A stretch of 64,000 bases of DNA, from the NCBI GenBank assembly GCA_963691875.1, contig OY829846.1, positions 1,888,001 to 1,952,000 on the forward strand, read 5' to 3'. Under the pieces are notes generated by a model that made no database searches, had not been told where the DNA came from, and saw nothing but the letters and a program-made list of their open reading frames with translations. Below, one piece after another: positions 10,440 through 21,367 of this stretch. The position numbers and the translations under genes were made by a program. This stretch comes from Aureliella sp. Lineage in GTDB: Bacteria > Planctomycetota > Planctomycetia > Pirellulales > Pirellulaceae. The first letter of the stretch is position 1. The number at the start of each line of letters is the position of its first letter.

Positions 10440-10991
10440 CGAATATTGATCTGAGTCTGAAAATGCTTATCTCGCTAGAGATCGAACGAGATCGAGGTGG
10501 TGGTTCGTACACCATTTCGGACTCTGGCAGCAATAGAAGCCAACTGTTGGATTGAACTCGCTTCCGCCAAATTCTTCCCGTCTATTCGCCGGCTTGCGTG
10601 AATCGTACAAATTCTTGCGACCTTCAACCAAGACTCTCTCCTGATTTCTTGGCATTATTGAGAAGCTGGATAAACTGCCTTTTCGCGCTAATTGCGAGCT
10701 TTTGGGAATCACTGGAAGAATCCGCCCCAAAAACTACAGTTCTCACTGCTACGAGACGAATGCGTGACTGGTCGAGACAGCATTTTTCGGGATCGAGAGC
10801 CGCAGTATGTAGCTCTAAAGCTTGAATCAGCGACGCAAAGTCAGGTATCCTATACTTTACGGAACGTCAGTTCCCATTTCCCGCCTTGCCTACTAATTCG
10901 ACAAGATTCCCACCACCTCCGGCAACTCGCTTCTGCGCTCGCGCGATGAATGCAGCCTGAGTTGTCCCATTTCGCTCTGCATTTGAACCTT

Positions 10992-13900
10992 ATGATTGCA
11001 AATCATTTCCGAATTCGCTGGTCAGCAACCTTTCTTGCTCTCTTTTCAGGTTTCCTCCTCGCTGTGCCGTCAACCTTCGCTGACGAATCTCAAGCTGCGC
11101 AGGCTGAGGTTAGCTACAGCAAGCATATCGAGCCGATTTTTCGAAACAACTGCCAAGGTTGTCACCAGCCAGCCAAAGCGCACGGCGAGTACGTGATGAC
11201 GGACTTTGCGCGTCTGCTGAAAGCTGGCGAGTCAGGCGACGCAGCAATCGTTCCTGGCAAACCTGACGAGAGCTACTTGATGGCTCAGATCGAAATGATC
11301 GATGGCCAAGCTTCAATGCCGAAGAAAGGTAAGCCACTTCATGCATCTGAGATTGAACTGATTCGCAAGTGGATAGAACAAGGCGCTACGAACGACTCAC
11401 CACCTTCGGCAACACGATTCAATGCCGAGAACCCACCAGTTTATTCACGACCACCTGTTATCACTGCGATCGATTTTTCGCCTGATGGAAAGTGGATCGC
11501 CTCCAGTGGCTTTCAGGAAGTCTTGCTGATCGACACTGCAAGTCGCAAGACGGTGAAGCGATTGATCGGTTTGAGTGAGCGTGTTGAGTCGATTTGCTTC
11601 TCGCCCGATTCGAAGCGTCTCGCTGTCACCGGCGGCTCGCCGGGGCGATTGGGCGAAGTCCAAGTTTGGAACGTGGAAAGCGGCGAATTGCTGCTAAGTC
11701 ATCAAGTCACCTATGACACCGTCTACGGTGGTCGATTTTCGCCCGACGGAAAACTCATCGCATTCGGCTGCTCGGACAATACAGTGCGAGCGATCGATTC
11801 TGTAACGGGCGAACAAAGGCTGCACCAGGGTGCACACGACGATTGGATTCGTGCCTGCGTTTTCAATCCCAAAGGCACTCATGTGCTTTCCGCTGGTCGC
11901 GATATGACCGTGAAGTTGACCGAAGTCGCCACGGAACGCTTTATCGATAATGTAACTTCCATCACGCCAGGTGCTCTTCGTGGCGGAATAAACTCACTAG
12001 CCATGCACCCCGAGCGTGACGAAGTCCTGGTCGGTGGCGCGGATGGTACTCCCAAGGTCTACCGCATCTTCCGCCAGACAGAACGCCGCATCGGAGACGA
12101 CGCTAATTTGATTCGCGAGTTCCCTCCGACTGGCGGTCGCATATTCGGCGTCGACGTGAACGCAACAGGCAGCCACTTCGCGGTGGTGAGTACTTTGGAT
12201 GGCCAAAGTAGCGTGCAGGTTTACCCCTACGACTTCGAAGGCAAGCTCACCGATGCCTTGAAGAACATCTTGAAGAAGCGAGTCCGGGATCGCAATGCGA
12301 ACGAGAAGAAGCAAGTAGAGGAGTACCGCAAGAATGTTTCCCAAGCAGTTGTCAATTTTGAACTTACCGAGGGCAGCTTGTATGCGGTGAGCTTTTCACC
12401 AGATGGAAAGTTCGTTGCCTCAGGTGGTAGCGACGGTTTGATCCGCATCCTCGATGTCACTCAAAGCAAAATAATCCATGAGTTTGCTCCGGTCGCATTG
12501 CAGTCGGCAGACGCCTCAAAGGGAAAGAAAACACTCGAGCTCTCCGCTAATCATGGAATGACGCCAGATCCGGCGACGCAGCCCAACTCCGAAGCAGAAA
12601 AAGATCTGTTGCCGAAGGCGAAACTCAAAGAGTTGCGTATCGTACCCAATTCGATCACTTTAAATAGCATGACAGATTACGCCCAAGTCGTCGTCACGGG
12701 CGTCTACGACCAGGGGCAGACGGTAGACCTGACGAGATTGAGCGATTTAGCATCGGAGGACAAGATTCAAGTTTCGAAGGCAGGTTTGGTTCGGCCACTG
12801 CAAACTGGTAAAGCAACCATTCAAGTCAAGTTCGGAGATCTGAAACAGACGATTCCTGTTCAAGTTGCGGATCTTTCCGCCGTACACTCACCTGACTTTA
12901 CGCAAGACGTGAACCCAATTCTATCTCGACTCGGATGCAACTCGGGTACATGCCACGGCGCTCAAAAGGGAAAGAACGGTTTCAAACTCTCCCTGCGAGG
13001 CTACGACCCAATTGAAGACATTCGAGCGCTCGGCGATGACTTGAGTTCTCGACGACTCAACACAGCTGCTCCCGATGCCAGTTTGATGCTACTCAAGCCC
13101 ATCGGCACTGTGCCGCATGAAGGCGGAGTCCTACTTTCGCAAGACAGCACGCATTATCACATTCTGCGTGAGTGGATCGCCGGAGGTGCGAAGCTGAACT
13201 TGGAATCGAAGAAGGTTGCGAGGATTGAAATTTCTCCGACTAAACCTGTCGTCGAGCGTGAAGGATCCTGGCAGCAGTTTCGAGTCGTCGCCCATTACCC
13301 TAATGGTTCTTCGCGAGACGTCACCCATGAGGCCTTCATTGAGTCGGGCGATGCAGAAATCTGCAAGAGCTACGAAGGTGGGAGAGTGCAAGCGATTCGT
13401 CGCGGCGAAGCTCCGATCCTGGTCCGCTACGAAGGCGCCTACGCAGCGACGACGGTGACCGTTATGGGCGATCGTGAAGGCTTCGCCTGGAAGGCTCCAG
13501 AGATATATGGACCGATCGATCAACTCGTTTCCAACAAGTGGGAACGCATGAAGATCCAGCCTTCTGGCGTTGTAGAAGACCATGAGTTCTTGCGTCGCGT
13601 GCGTCTCGATTTGACAGGTTTGCCACCATCGGTTGAAGAGTTACGTGAGTTCCAAAAAGATCTTCGACCATCCATCCTGAAGCGCATGGCCAAGGTAGAA
13701 GAGCTAATTGGCTCGAAGGACTACGTTGATCACTGGGCAAACAAGTGGGCCGACCTACTGCAAGTGAACTCGAAATTCATCGGGCGTGAGGGAGCCACGG
13801 CCTTCCGCGATTGGATACGCAAGTCGATCGAGAGCAATCAACCCTACGATCAGTTTGCCCGAGATGTTCTAACGGCCTCGGGATCGAACAAAGACAACCC

Positions 13901-16127
13901 GGCTGCATCGTATTACAAAATCTTGCGTGATCCAGACTTGATGATGGAGAACACTACACACTTATTTTTAGCGATTCGCTTCAACTGCAATAAGTGCCAC
14001 GACCATCCATTCGAACGTTGGACTCAGGATCAGTACTACGAGCTCGCCGCCTATTTCGCTCAAACAGGCTTGAAAGCTGATCCGGCATCAGGCAACAAGA
14101 AGATCGGTGGAACAGCTGTTGAAGGCGCAAAGCCACTTTACGAAGAAGTTTTCGATAAACCAACTGGCGAGATGACGCACGTTCGCACGAATAAGAGTGT
14201 GGCGCCGGCGTTCCCTTACGATTGCAACTTTGAAGCACCTGAGAACGCCACGCGCCGTCAGCAGTTGGCCGCTTGGATCACTTCGAAGGACAATCCTTAC
14301 TTCGCGCGCAGCTTCGTCAATCGCCTCTGGGGCTATATGACGGGCACAGGATTGATTGAACCATTGGATGACATTCGTGCGGGGAATCCGCCGACGAATC
14401 CAGAGTTGCTTGATCTTTTGACGCAAGAGTTCGTAGATAGCAACTTTGACGTTCAGCACGTTTTGCGTCTGATCTGCAACTCTAGGACCTACCAGCTTTC
14501 GGTAGGTTCGAACGAATGGAACTCAGACGATAAGATCAATTACTCGCACGCCAAAGCACGAAGGCTTCCCGCAGAAGTGCTTTACGATGCGGTTTACAAA
14601 GTCACTGGTGCGGTAACCGCTATTCCGGGAGTTGCCCCTGGTACACGGGCAGCAGCACTGCCAGATGTAGCAGTATCTTTGCCAGACGGGTTCTTGAACA
14701 ACCTTGGGCGTCCGGTGCGTGAAAGTGCATGTGAGTGCGAGCGTTCGGCCGACTTACAGCTCGGTCCCGTCATGGCTCTTGTCAGCGGGCCCACCGTTGG
14801 AAAAGCGATCTCGGATCCAAAGTGTGCGTTGCCCAAGTTGGTAGCTGACGAGATCAGCGAGGAGCAACTAATTCGTGAGATCTTTGTTAGAGTGCTCAGT
14901 CGCGAAGCCACGGCTGAAGAAGTCGCGAGCGTTCTGAAGAGTGCTGAACAGATTGCCATCGATCACGAACAGATGGAAAAGCAGTTGGCGAAACGCGAAA
15001 CTTGGTGGAAGACAGAGCGTGATCGCCTCGAAGCGGAGCGACAGAAGAAACTCGAGGCAACCAAGCAACAAATCGTGGCACGCGAGAAAGCCATCGCTCC
15101 AGCTCGAGCCAAGATGGAAAAGGATCGACAAGCCAAGATTGCTGCGGCCGACAAGTCGGTGAAAGACTATCACGCGAACTTGTCCCAGACTGCTGGCAAA
15201 TACCTCGATGACAATGCGAAGAACAATAATTGGTTCCCGCTGCTGCCAACCAAACTTGCGGCTAGCAACAAAGACAAGCTCTCTGTTCTTGGCGATCGCT
15301 CGATCGTAGCCAGCGGCGAAGCGAACAAGGGCGTCTACACCCTGACCTTCGATACACCACTAACCAATATCACTGGCTTGCGTCTCGAGGCTCTTCCGCT
15401 AGCGAGTATCAAAGGCGGTGGACCTGGCCAACCGGAGAACGGCAACTTTGTTGTGACTGAGATCGAAATCGATTCTTGGTCCCAGGGTAAGGCCCAGGAA
15501 CGCAAGCGAGCCAAGATTAAGAGTGGTGTTGCAGACTTCTCGCAAGACGGCTTCAATCCGAATCAGACCTTTGACGGCAAGACCAATGACCAGCGAGGTT
15601 GGGCTGTTTCCCCACGCGGCGGCATTCATCACTGGGCAACGTATCAGTTTGCCGAGCCGATTCAGTCTGAGGAAGGAACGACGCTACAGATTAAGATTCA
15701 CCAAAGCCACAATGCTCCTCAGCACTGCTTGGCGCGCTTCCGAATTTCGATAACCACCGATGCAGGAGCGATTCCGCTTGGCCTGCCTGAGGATTTCGCG
15801 GCGTTGCAGCGATTACCGAAGGAATCTCGCAATGCAGAGTCACTCAAAAGCTTGGTGGCGTTCCTCGGTAAAAGTGATGCGAAATTGATCGAATTGCAAG
15901 GTGCACTGGCGACAGCCCAACGACCTCTGCCACCAGACAACGAGTTAGTTGGTTTGCAGAGTAAGCAGAAGCTACTCGAGATCGCCACGCCCGATGAACC
16001 CAAGATTGTTCAGCTGCGTGCTGATTTCGCCGAGAGTAGAAAACAAGTTGAGAATCGACGTCTAACTCTGGCTCAAGACCTAACTTGGGCGTTGATCAAC
16101 AGCCCTGCGTTTTTATTTAACCATTAG
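10992..16127 (+). CDS. Large secreted planctomycete protein: cytochrome c + WD40 + Ig-like + DUF1549 + DUF1553 (alternative start 10950)
   Basis: Signal peptide; CQGCH, CNSGTCH and CNKCH motifs; WD40 repeats (FSPDG/FSPDS several times); FLRRVRLDLTGLPP; NPYFARSFVNRLWGY; RRLPAEVLYDA; CECER; C-terminal DLTWALINSPAFLFNH. Confidence 0.95.
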   Translation: MIANHFRIRWSATFLALFSGFLLAVPSTFADESQAAQAEVSYSKHIEPIFRNNCQGCHQPAKAHGEYVMTDFARLLKAGESGDAAIVPGKPDESYLMAQIEMIDGQASMPKKGKPLHASEIELIRKWIEQGATNDSPPSATRFNAENPPVYSRPPVITAIDFSPDGKWIASSGFQEVLLIDTASRKTVKRLIGLSERVESICFSPDSKRLAVTGGSPGRLGEVQVWNVESGELLLSHQVTYDTVYGGRFSPDGKLIAFGCSDNTVRAIDSVTGEQRLHQGAHDDWIRACVFNPKGTHVLSAGRDMTVKLTEVATERFIDNVTSITPGALRGGINSLAMHPERDEVLVGGADGTPKVYRIFRQTERRIGDDANLIREFPPTGGRIFGVDVNATGSHFAVVSTLDGQSSVQVYPYDFEGKLTDALKNILKKRVRDRNANEKKQVEEYRKNVSQAVVNFELTEGSLYAVSFSPDGKFVASGGSDGLIRILDVTQSKIIHEFAPVALQSADASKGKKTLELSANHGMTPDPATQPNSEAEKDLLPKAKLKELRIVPNSITLNSMTDYAQVVVTGVYDQGQTVDLTRLSDLASEDKIQVSKAGLVRPLQTGKATIQVKFGDLKQTIPVQVADLSAVHSPDFTQDVNPILSRLGCNSGTCHGAQKGKNGFKLSLRGYDPIEDIRALGDDLSSRRLNTAAPDASLMLLKPIGTVPHEGGVLLSQDSTHYHILREWIAGGAKLNLESKKVARIEISPTKPVVEREGSWQQFRVVAHYPNGSSRDVTHEAFIESGDAEICKSYEGGRVQAIRRGEAPILVRYEGAYAATTVTVMGDREGFAWKAPEIYGPIDQLVSNKWERMKIQPSGVVEDHEFLRRVRLDLTGLPPSVEELREFQKDLRPSILKRMAKVEELIGSKDYVDHWANKWADLLQVNSKFIGREGATAFRDWIRKSIESNQPYDQFARDVLTASGSNKDNPAASYYKILRDPDLMMENTTHLFLAIRFNCNKCHDHPFERWTQDQYYELAAYFAQTGLKADPASGNKKIGGTAVEGAKPLYEEVFDKPTGEMTHVRTNKSVAPAFPYDCNFEAPENATRRQQLAAWITSKDNPYFARSFVNRLWGYMTGTGLIEPLDDIRAGNPPTNPELLDLLTQEFVDSNFDVQHVLRLICNSRTYQLSVGSNEWNSDDKINYSHAKARRLPAEVLYDAVYKVTGAVTAIPGVAPGTRAAALPDVAVSLPDGFLNNLGRPVRESACECERSADLQLGPVMALVSGPTVGKAISDPKCALPKLVADEISEEQLIREIFVRVLSREATAEEVASVLKSAEQIAIDHEQMEKQLAKRETWWKTERDRLEAERQKKLEATKQQIVAREKAIAPARAKMEKDRQAKIAAADKSVKDYHANLSQTAGKYLDDNAKNNNWFPLLPTKLAASNKDKLSVLGDRSIVASGEANKGVYTLTFDTPLTNITGLRLEALPLASIKGGGPGQPENGNFVVTEIEIDSWSQGKAQERKRAKIKSGVADFSQDGFNPNQTFDGKTNDQRGWAVSPRGGIHHWATYQFAEPIQSEEGTTLQIKIHQSHNAPQHCLARFRISITTDAGAIPLGLPEDFAALQRLPKESRNAESLKSLVAFLGKSDAKLIELQGALATAQRPLPPDNELVGLQSKQKLLEIATPDEPKIVQLRADFAESRKQVENRRLTLAQDLTWALINSPAFLFNH

Positions 16128-16129
16128 TC

Positions 16130-16335
16130 TCAGTCACATTGCGTAACGCCCTGGCTTTCCTCGCTTTCCGAGCTACCTGCATAGCGGGGCGAGGAATCCG
16201 GCAGGTTCGGACCCCAGCGACGGAGGGGGTAACCTAGCCCCCCTCCGAGGCTGATAGCTCGAATCTCACGACTCGAGCAAGCTTCGGTGCCCGGAACTTG
16301 CTACGGAGTAGGTTGAGTGACTGAACCTGTTTGCC
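16130..16335 (+). ncRNA. Candidate structured RNA element in the DUF1549/1553-DUF1501 spacer
   Basis: Several hairpins plus two long-range stems visible by eye: 16130-16137 with 16317-16324, 16200-16210 with 16321-16331, and 16221-16229 with 16239-16247. Confidence 0.45.
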
Positions 16336-16384
16336 AAGCACTAAATCCAAAACACTGCCCACTTAGTAACTTCGGAGAAGAAAC

Positions 16385-17854
16385 ATGTTTCGACTGCAAG
16401 GTGCCTTAGGAAAAGACCTCTGCGATTCAAACTTGCCGATGACACGCCGCGACGTGCTTCGCGTGGGTGGCTCGGGGTTGATGGGGCTTTCCCTAGCGAG
16501 CCTCCTCAAGTTGCAGGCACACGCAGGGGAGAAAACGGATGTCTCGACCCCGGGATGGGGGAAAACGAAGCATATCATCATGCTTTATTTGCAAGGCGGT
16601 CCGAGTCACTTGGACCTTTGGGATCCAAAGGAAAACGTACCTGACAACGTGAAGAGTGTCTTCAAAAACATTCCGACCAAGATTCCAGGAATTCACTTCA
16701 CCGAAAACCTACCTCGCCTGGCCCAGATTAACGACCGATTCAGCATGATTCGTTCGATGAGCTACACGCCGAACGGTCTGTTTAATCATACCGCTGCGAT
16801 TTATCAGCTGATGACTGGCTATACCACCGACAAAGTGAGTCCATCAGGTCAGCTAGAACCGCCAAGCCCTAAGGACTTCCCGAACTTCGGCTCCAACATC
16901 ATCCGCTTGAAGCCAACCGAAGAACCGATGCTTCCATTTGTAATGCTACCGAGACCGTTGCAAGAGAGCAATGTCATCGGTAAAGGCGGCTCAGCCGGAT
17001 TCCTAGGCAAATCCTACGATCCATACACGTTGTATCCAGACGGTAGCGACATGGATATGAACAAGATGGAACGCATCAAGATTGATGATTTGAAGTTGCG
17101 TCCCGACGTGTTTGCCGCACGTTTGCAGCGTCGTGCGAAGTTACGTGACTTGGTCAATGCTCAGATGCCTGCGATCAACAACGCCGTGAAGGATTTTGAA
17201 CTCGACTCGTACTACGATCAAGCGCTCAACTTGATTGTTTCTGGTCGAGCTCGTGAAGCTTTCAACATTTCCTCTGAGTCCGCCGAACTGCGAGATAAGT
17301 ATGGCCGGAACACCTTCGGGCAAAGCTGCTTGCTCGCTCGTCGACTGGTAGAAGCCGGCACACGCGTCGTCGAGGTCATTTGGCCGAAGGTTGCGAACAG
17401 CGACAATCACTCCTGGGACCATCACAAAGATCTAAGTAAACGAATGAAAGATCGCTCTGCCCCAATGCTCGATGCTGGCTTAGCAACCTTGATCGAGGAT
17501 CTGGATGACCGAGGCATGCTTGAAGATACACTCGTCGTTTGCATTGGAGAGTTTGGTCGTTCACCGCAGCGTGGCGTCAGCACGTCGGGTAACAACAACT
17601 CGAACGACGGAAGAGACCACTGGCCTTACTGCTACACCTCTGTTGTAGCTGGAGCTGGTGTGAAGCGAGGCTACGTGCATGGCAAGAGTGACAAGACTGC
17701 TTCTGCTCCACAAGAGGATCCAGTGCATCCAATCGAGCTTCTGGCTTCGATCTATCACGGCTTCGGCATTGATCCCGAAACGATCGTATACAATCACCTA
17801 AATCAGCCTCGCGAACTCGTTAAGGCCCAGGCCCTTACCTCGATCTTCGCGTAG
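16385..17854 (+). CDS. DUF1501 family protein with twin-arginine signal
   Basis: [10 protein letters not shown] (Tat motif), [50 protein letters not shown]. Confidence 0.95.
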   Translation: MFRLQGALGKDLCDSNLPMTRRDVLRVGGSGLMGLSLASLLKLQAHAGEKTDVSTPGWGKTKHIIMLYLQGGPSHLDLWDPKENVPDNVKSVFKNIPTKIPGIHFTENLPRLAQINDRFSMIRSMSYTPNGLFNHTAAIYQLMTGYTTDKVSPSGQLEPPSPKDFPNFGSNIIRLKPTEEPMLPFVMLPRPLQESNVIGKGGSAGFLGKSYDPYTLYPDGSDMDMNKMERIKIDDLKLRPDVFAARLQRRAKLRDLVNAQMPAINNAVKDFELDSYYDQALNLIVSGRAREAFNISSESAELRDKYGRNTFGQSCLLARRLVEAGTRVVEVIWPKVANSDNHSWDHHKDLSKRMKDRSAPMLDAGLATLIEDLDDRGMLEDTLVVCIGEFGRSPQRGVSTSGNNNSNDGRDHWPYCYTSVVAGAGVKRGYVHGKSDKTASAPQEDPVHPIELLASIYHGFGIDPETIVYNHLNQPRELVKAQALTSIFA

Positions 17855-17912
17855 GTGCAGTAAGTTGTCAGCTTGCTACGTATTAAGGCGTTCTTGTTCA
17901 GGGTAGAAGAGA

Positions 17913-18950
17913 ATGCCTAACGTTGTCTGTCACCGAAACTACAATATCGGCCTTTATGGACTTGAGCGACTTCATCCATTCGACCCTCGCAAATACGGAA
18001 AAGCTTGGCGTGCAATAAATCGTTTGGATTCTGATATCAGTGACACGGATGATGGGATTCTGAATAACAATTCCTTTTTTCGACGATTCAAGCGTTCCTT
18101 TCGACGGATAGTCCTGCGAAAAATCACGGTTGCAGGAGCTTCGCCCATGCCCCCTGTCCCCGCTAATGATCTTCAGCCCGTACATAATTTCGATTATTTG
18201 GAGAGTTTCCGAGATCCGAAAATAGCAGCGGCTGCTATCGAGGTTGCGGCTCTCGGTCGTCTGCCAAAATTCATTCTTTGACGTGCAAGTCCATTGCTTT
18301 GGGCAACACAAGGCACCACCCTTGCGGCTGAACTCGCATTCAAAAACGGCATCACCGTGAGCCTCGGCGGAGGATTCCATTATGCCAAGCCATATGCAGG
18401 AGGGCGCTTCTCTGTCTATTCTGACATCGGCATCGCAGTGGCAAGTCTTCGAGCACGCAATCTGATCGGCGAAACAGATCGAATCGCACACATCGACACC
18501 GATGCATAATAAGGCAAGGGAATGTGCCATGGATTCCGAGACGACCCGTGCGTCTTCTTTCTCGACATATACAAATCGATGATCGATCCCTCCTATGACC
18601 TGGTCGCTAAGAGCAAGATCAATTACCCCTTGCTGATTACTTCTTCAATCACCAGCGAAGAATACTTGCGGGAATTAGAGGGCAAGCTACCCACGTTCTT
18701 GGACCCGGTTGCCAATCAAAATATCGGGCTGCGATCTGCTATGCCGGGACAGATGTCATCAATGGCGATCCTTTAGTCGGCGTAAACATTGCCGCTAGTT
18801 CGATATTGAGGCGAGACCTCTGCGTACTGATGTGCCTAAAGACAAAGAATATCCGTGCGTTGGTGTTGCCGAGCGGTGGCTATACGAAGCAAAGCTAAGA
18901 TTTGATTGCACATACTATCCGCGCACGTTTGCTAAACTATTGTCCTTTGG
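17913..18950 (+). pseudogene. Histone deacetylase family (HDAC11/class IV-like) pseudogene
   Basis: Three same-frame fragments (17913, 18294, 18522): GLERLHPFDPRKYG, LGGGFHYA, HIDTDA**GKG (expected DxDAHQGNG). A frameshift near 18730 leads into YAGTDVINGDPL...RRD...LPSGGYTKQS*. End is approximate. Confidence 0.88.
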
Positions 18951-19066
18951 TAAGAACACGCCCGCGACACTTTCGACTATGCTAGGCAGACAATCGAAAC
19001 TCTTATTAAGTCACTTCTGACAGCGGGCGTACTTTCCTTTTCCGAGACCATCAGCAGCGTACATCC

Positions 19067-19771
19067 ATGAAACAACTAATCACTTTCTCCCTACTCGCCA
19101 TTTTTACTTCTACCTCCATAGCCCAAGAGGATGGCTTTGTGGATCTGTTCAACGGCGAAGACTTCACGGGCTGGCAGCAAGCCGGCGGAGTCGCGAAGTA
19201 CTCGGTCAAAGACGGCGTGATTATCGGCGAGTCGGTTCCCGGGACTCCCAACAGCTTCATGTGCACGACGCGTCTTTATTACGATTTCGTTCTCGAATAC
19301 GAATATAAGTGTGACTCTTCGCTGAATTCAGGCGTGCAGTTCCGCAGCAATGTTTATTCGATCGACACCAATGTAAAGACGGGTGAAAAGAAGACACGTA
19401 AGATCCCAGCGGGGCGCGTTCACGGTTACCAGTGTGAGATCGATCCTAACAAGCCTGAGCGCATGTGGGTATCTGGGGTCTATGACGAAGCTCGACGTGG
19501 TTGGCTCTACCCAGGAATCGCTGGTGGGGATGCAAAGGCATTCACCGAGCAAGGTAAAAAGACCTTCAAAGATGGTGGCTGGAACAAGGTTCGAATCAAG
19601 TGCGAAAAGAACCACATTCAAACCTGGCTCAACGGCGAGCCACGCGCAGACTTTACCGATGACATGACATCCCACGGAATAATCGCCCTTCAGGTCCACG
19701 GCATTGGCAACAACAAGAAAGCGATTGGCACCAGAGTCATGTGGCGCAACCTAAAGCTCAAAGAACTCTAG
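19067..19771 (+). CDS. DUF1080 (3-keto-disaccharide hydrolase-like) secreted protein
   Basis: Signal peptide, LFNGEDFTGW, NSGVQFRS, GYQCEID, SGVYDEARRGWL, GIIALQVH. Confidence 0.93.
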   Translation: MKQLITFSLLAIFTSTSIAQEDGFVDLFNGEDFTGWQQAGGVAKYSVKDGVIIGESVPGTPNSFMCTTRLYYDFVLEYEYKCDSSLNSGVQFRSNVYSIDTNVKTGEKKTRKIPAGRVHGYQCEIDPNKPERMWVSGVYDEARRGWLYPGIAGGDAKAFTEQGKKTFKDGGWNKVRIKCEKNHIQTWLNGEPRADFTDDMTSHGIIALQVHGIGNNKKAIGTRVMWRNLKLKEL

Positions 19772-19789
19772 GCTTGCGGTGTCCCAAGG

Positions 19790-20581
19790 ATGGATAACTT
19801 TCTGCGAGAGCAAGCGATTACGGAGATCTCGCATCAAGGTTGGATCGAGCACATCGACTGGCAGGCGTCAGTCGACTCGACCAACGCTGTTGCACGCCGA
19901 TATTGCCAAGACGAATCAGCTCAACTGCCCGCCCTATTTGTGGCGGACCATCAAACAGCAGGCAAAGGGCGAAGCCAAAACTCCTGGTGGTCACCCGCCG
20001 GCTGCCTAATGTTCACTTTGGCTTTGCCCAAGTCGTCTTTACGTGCAGAGCCAAATGAATGGTCACAACTCGCCCTTGTTGCCGGCGTGGCGCTGGTGCA
20101 TCTCGCACAGGAGTTTCTCCCTGACTGCAATCCTCAGCTCAAGTGGCCCAATGATCTCTATCTGAGAGACAAGAAATGCGCGGGTATTTTGATCGAGTCT
20201 GCTGCCAATTTGTCGTGGTTAATAGGAATTGGACTCAACGTTACCGTGGATTTTGCAGAAGCCCCAACCGAAATCCAGGACAGAGTGACTTCTTTTCAAT
20301 CGCAAGCAGGGCTGGAAGAGCTGGCCTTACCTGCCGTACTCGCGAGCCTGAGCACCCATTTGCACCACACTATTGATTGCTGGAGTTCTGGACAGGACGC
20401 TTGGCAGTCGACTTGGCAAGAGCATTGCCTGCTGACGGGGAAACAGGTGTTAGTTCGTCCTCCAAGCAGTGAACCAATACTCGGTGTTTGCGAGAGTATT
20501 GATGCTTCTGGTTGCCTGTTAGTTCGCACTCTAGACGGAGTCATCAAGATCACTTCGGGCGAGATTCTCGATTGGCAGTAG
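19790..20581 (+). CDS. birA: Biotin--[acetyl-CoA-carboxylase] ligase (no N-terminal HTH)
   Basis: VDSTN, QTAGKGR, LKWPNDLY, KKCAGILIES, IGIGLNV. Confidence 0.93.
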   Translation: MDNFLREQAITEISHQGWIEHIDWQASVDSTNAVARRYCQDESAQLPALFVADHQTAGKGRSQNSWWSPAGCLMFTLALPKSSLRAEPNEWSQLALVAGVALVHLAQEFLPDCNPQLKWPNDLYLRDKKCAGILIESAANLSWLIGIGLNVTVDFAEAPTEIQDRVTSFQSQAGLEELALPAVLASLSTHLHHTIDCWSSGQDAWQSTWQEHCLLTGKQVLVRPPSSEPILGVCESIDASGCLLVRTLDGVIKITSGEILDWQ

Positions 20582-20948
20582 TCCAAACAGAACGGTGTGA
20601 CAGCCGGTAGGATTGGGCACTATTACTATCCTTGGCCAATTCTAGGAGCAACTTGAGGAATCGAATATTTTCAGCGTTAATATCGGCATCAGCGTGCGTT
20701 TCTAGTCGGTCTAGAATATCTTCGTAAGCATTGGAAATAGCAGTACACGTCAGCTAAAAGAATCGATCAGGATCGTCCTCTGGGAAATCGAGACTCTCGC
20801 GATCGAACTCCACGACCGAATCAACCCCTTATTCGTCTGTCGCGCGAGCTTGATCAAGTTGTCGCAAGAGTGGGTTCACCAAAGAACTCGTCTTTGACTT
20901 CCGAAATTTACTTAGCACCTCCTTCTCTGCATTGCGAACTTGTTTCTC

Positions 20949-20973
20949 TAACTATGTTTCCTAACAAGACTTA
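20949..20973. promoter_or_regulatory. Spaced palindrome TAACT-N15-ACTTA (copy 1)
   Basis: taactatgtttcctaacaagactta; same architecture as the copy at 39349-39373. Confidence 0.35.
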
Positions 20974-21367
20974 AGGGATTAGCGCAAGCTGTATTTGGAG
21001 AGTGTCAGTCCAAGTGACAGAACCCGGGCTTTGCTGGGATCGCTACCCCAGCGATTGAATTGATTAGACCGACGAGGCCACCTATCACCCGAACTCCATT
21101 GACGACCTTACCGCAAAGTTGACCAATTTGATTGGCCAAATCATGGGGTCGAGTGTTGCCAACCCGTGCAGCTTCGTCTCGAGCCTATTCCAGCAAAATG
21201 CCCCCAGCCAGGGCGAATCTAAGATTCAGGCCAGCGATCAACCTCGGAATTTTGGCGTGGCAGAACGGTATCTATAGAGACCACCTTCTTTTCTTCGACC
21301 GACCGCATACTAGGACTAGGAACATGAAAAGTCAGATTGGCTGCCTGAGATTTACCTCAGAACAACA

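Noticed and set aside
18279..18281. In-frame TGA as selenocysteine or readthrough
   Set aside because: The same gene also has TAA TAA, a frameshift and lost catalytic residues, so decay explains it
17898..18530. 210-aa minus-strand ORF
   Set aside because: Antisense to the HDAC pseudogene and has no motifs
20720..20900. IETLAIELHDR fragment resembling an FkbM methyltransferase C-terminus
   Set aside because: Only one short motif; I could not reconstruct the rest
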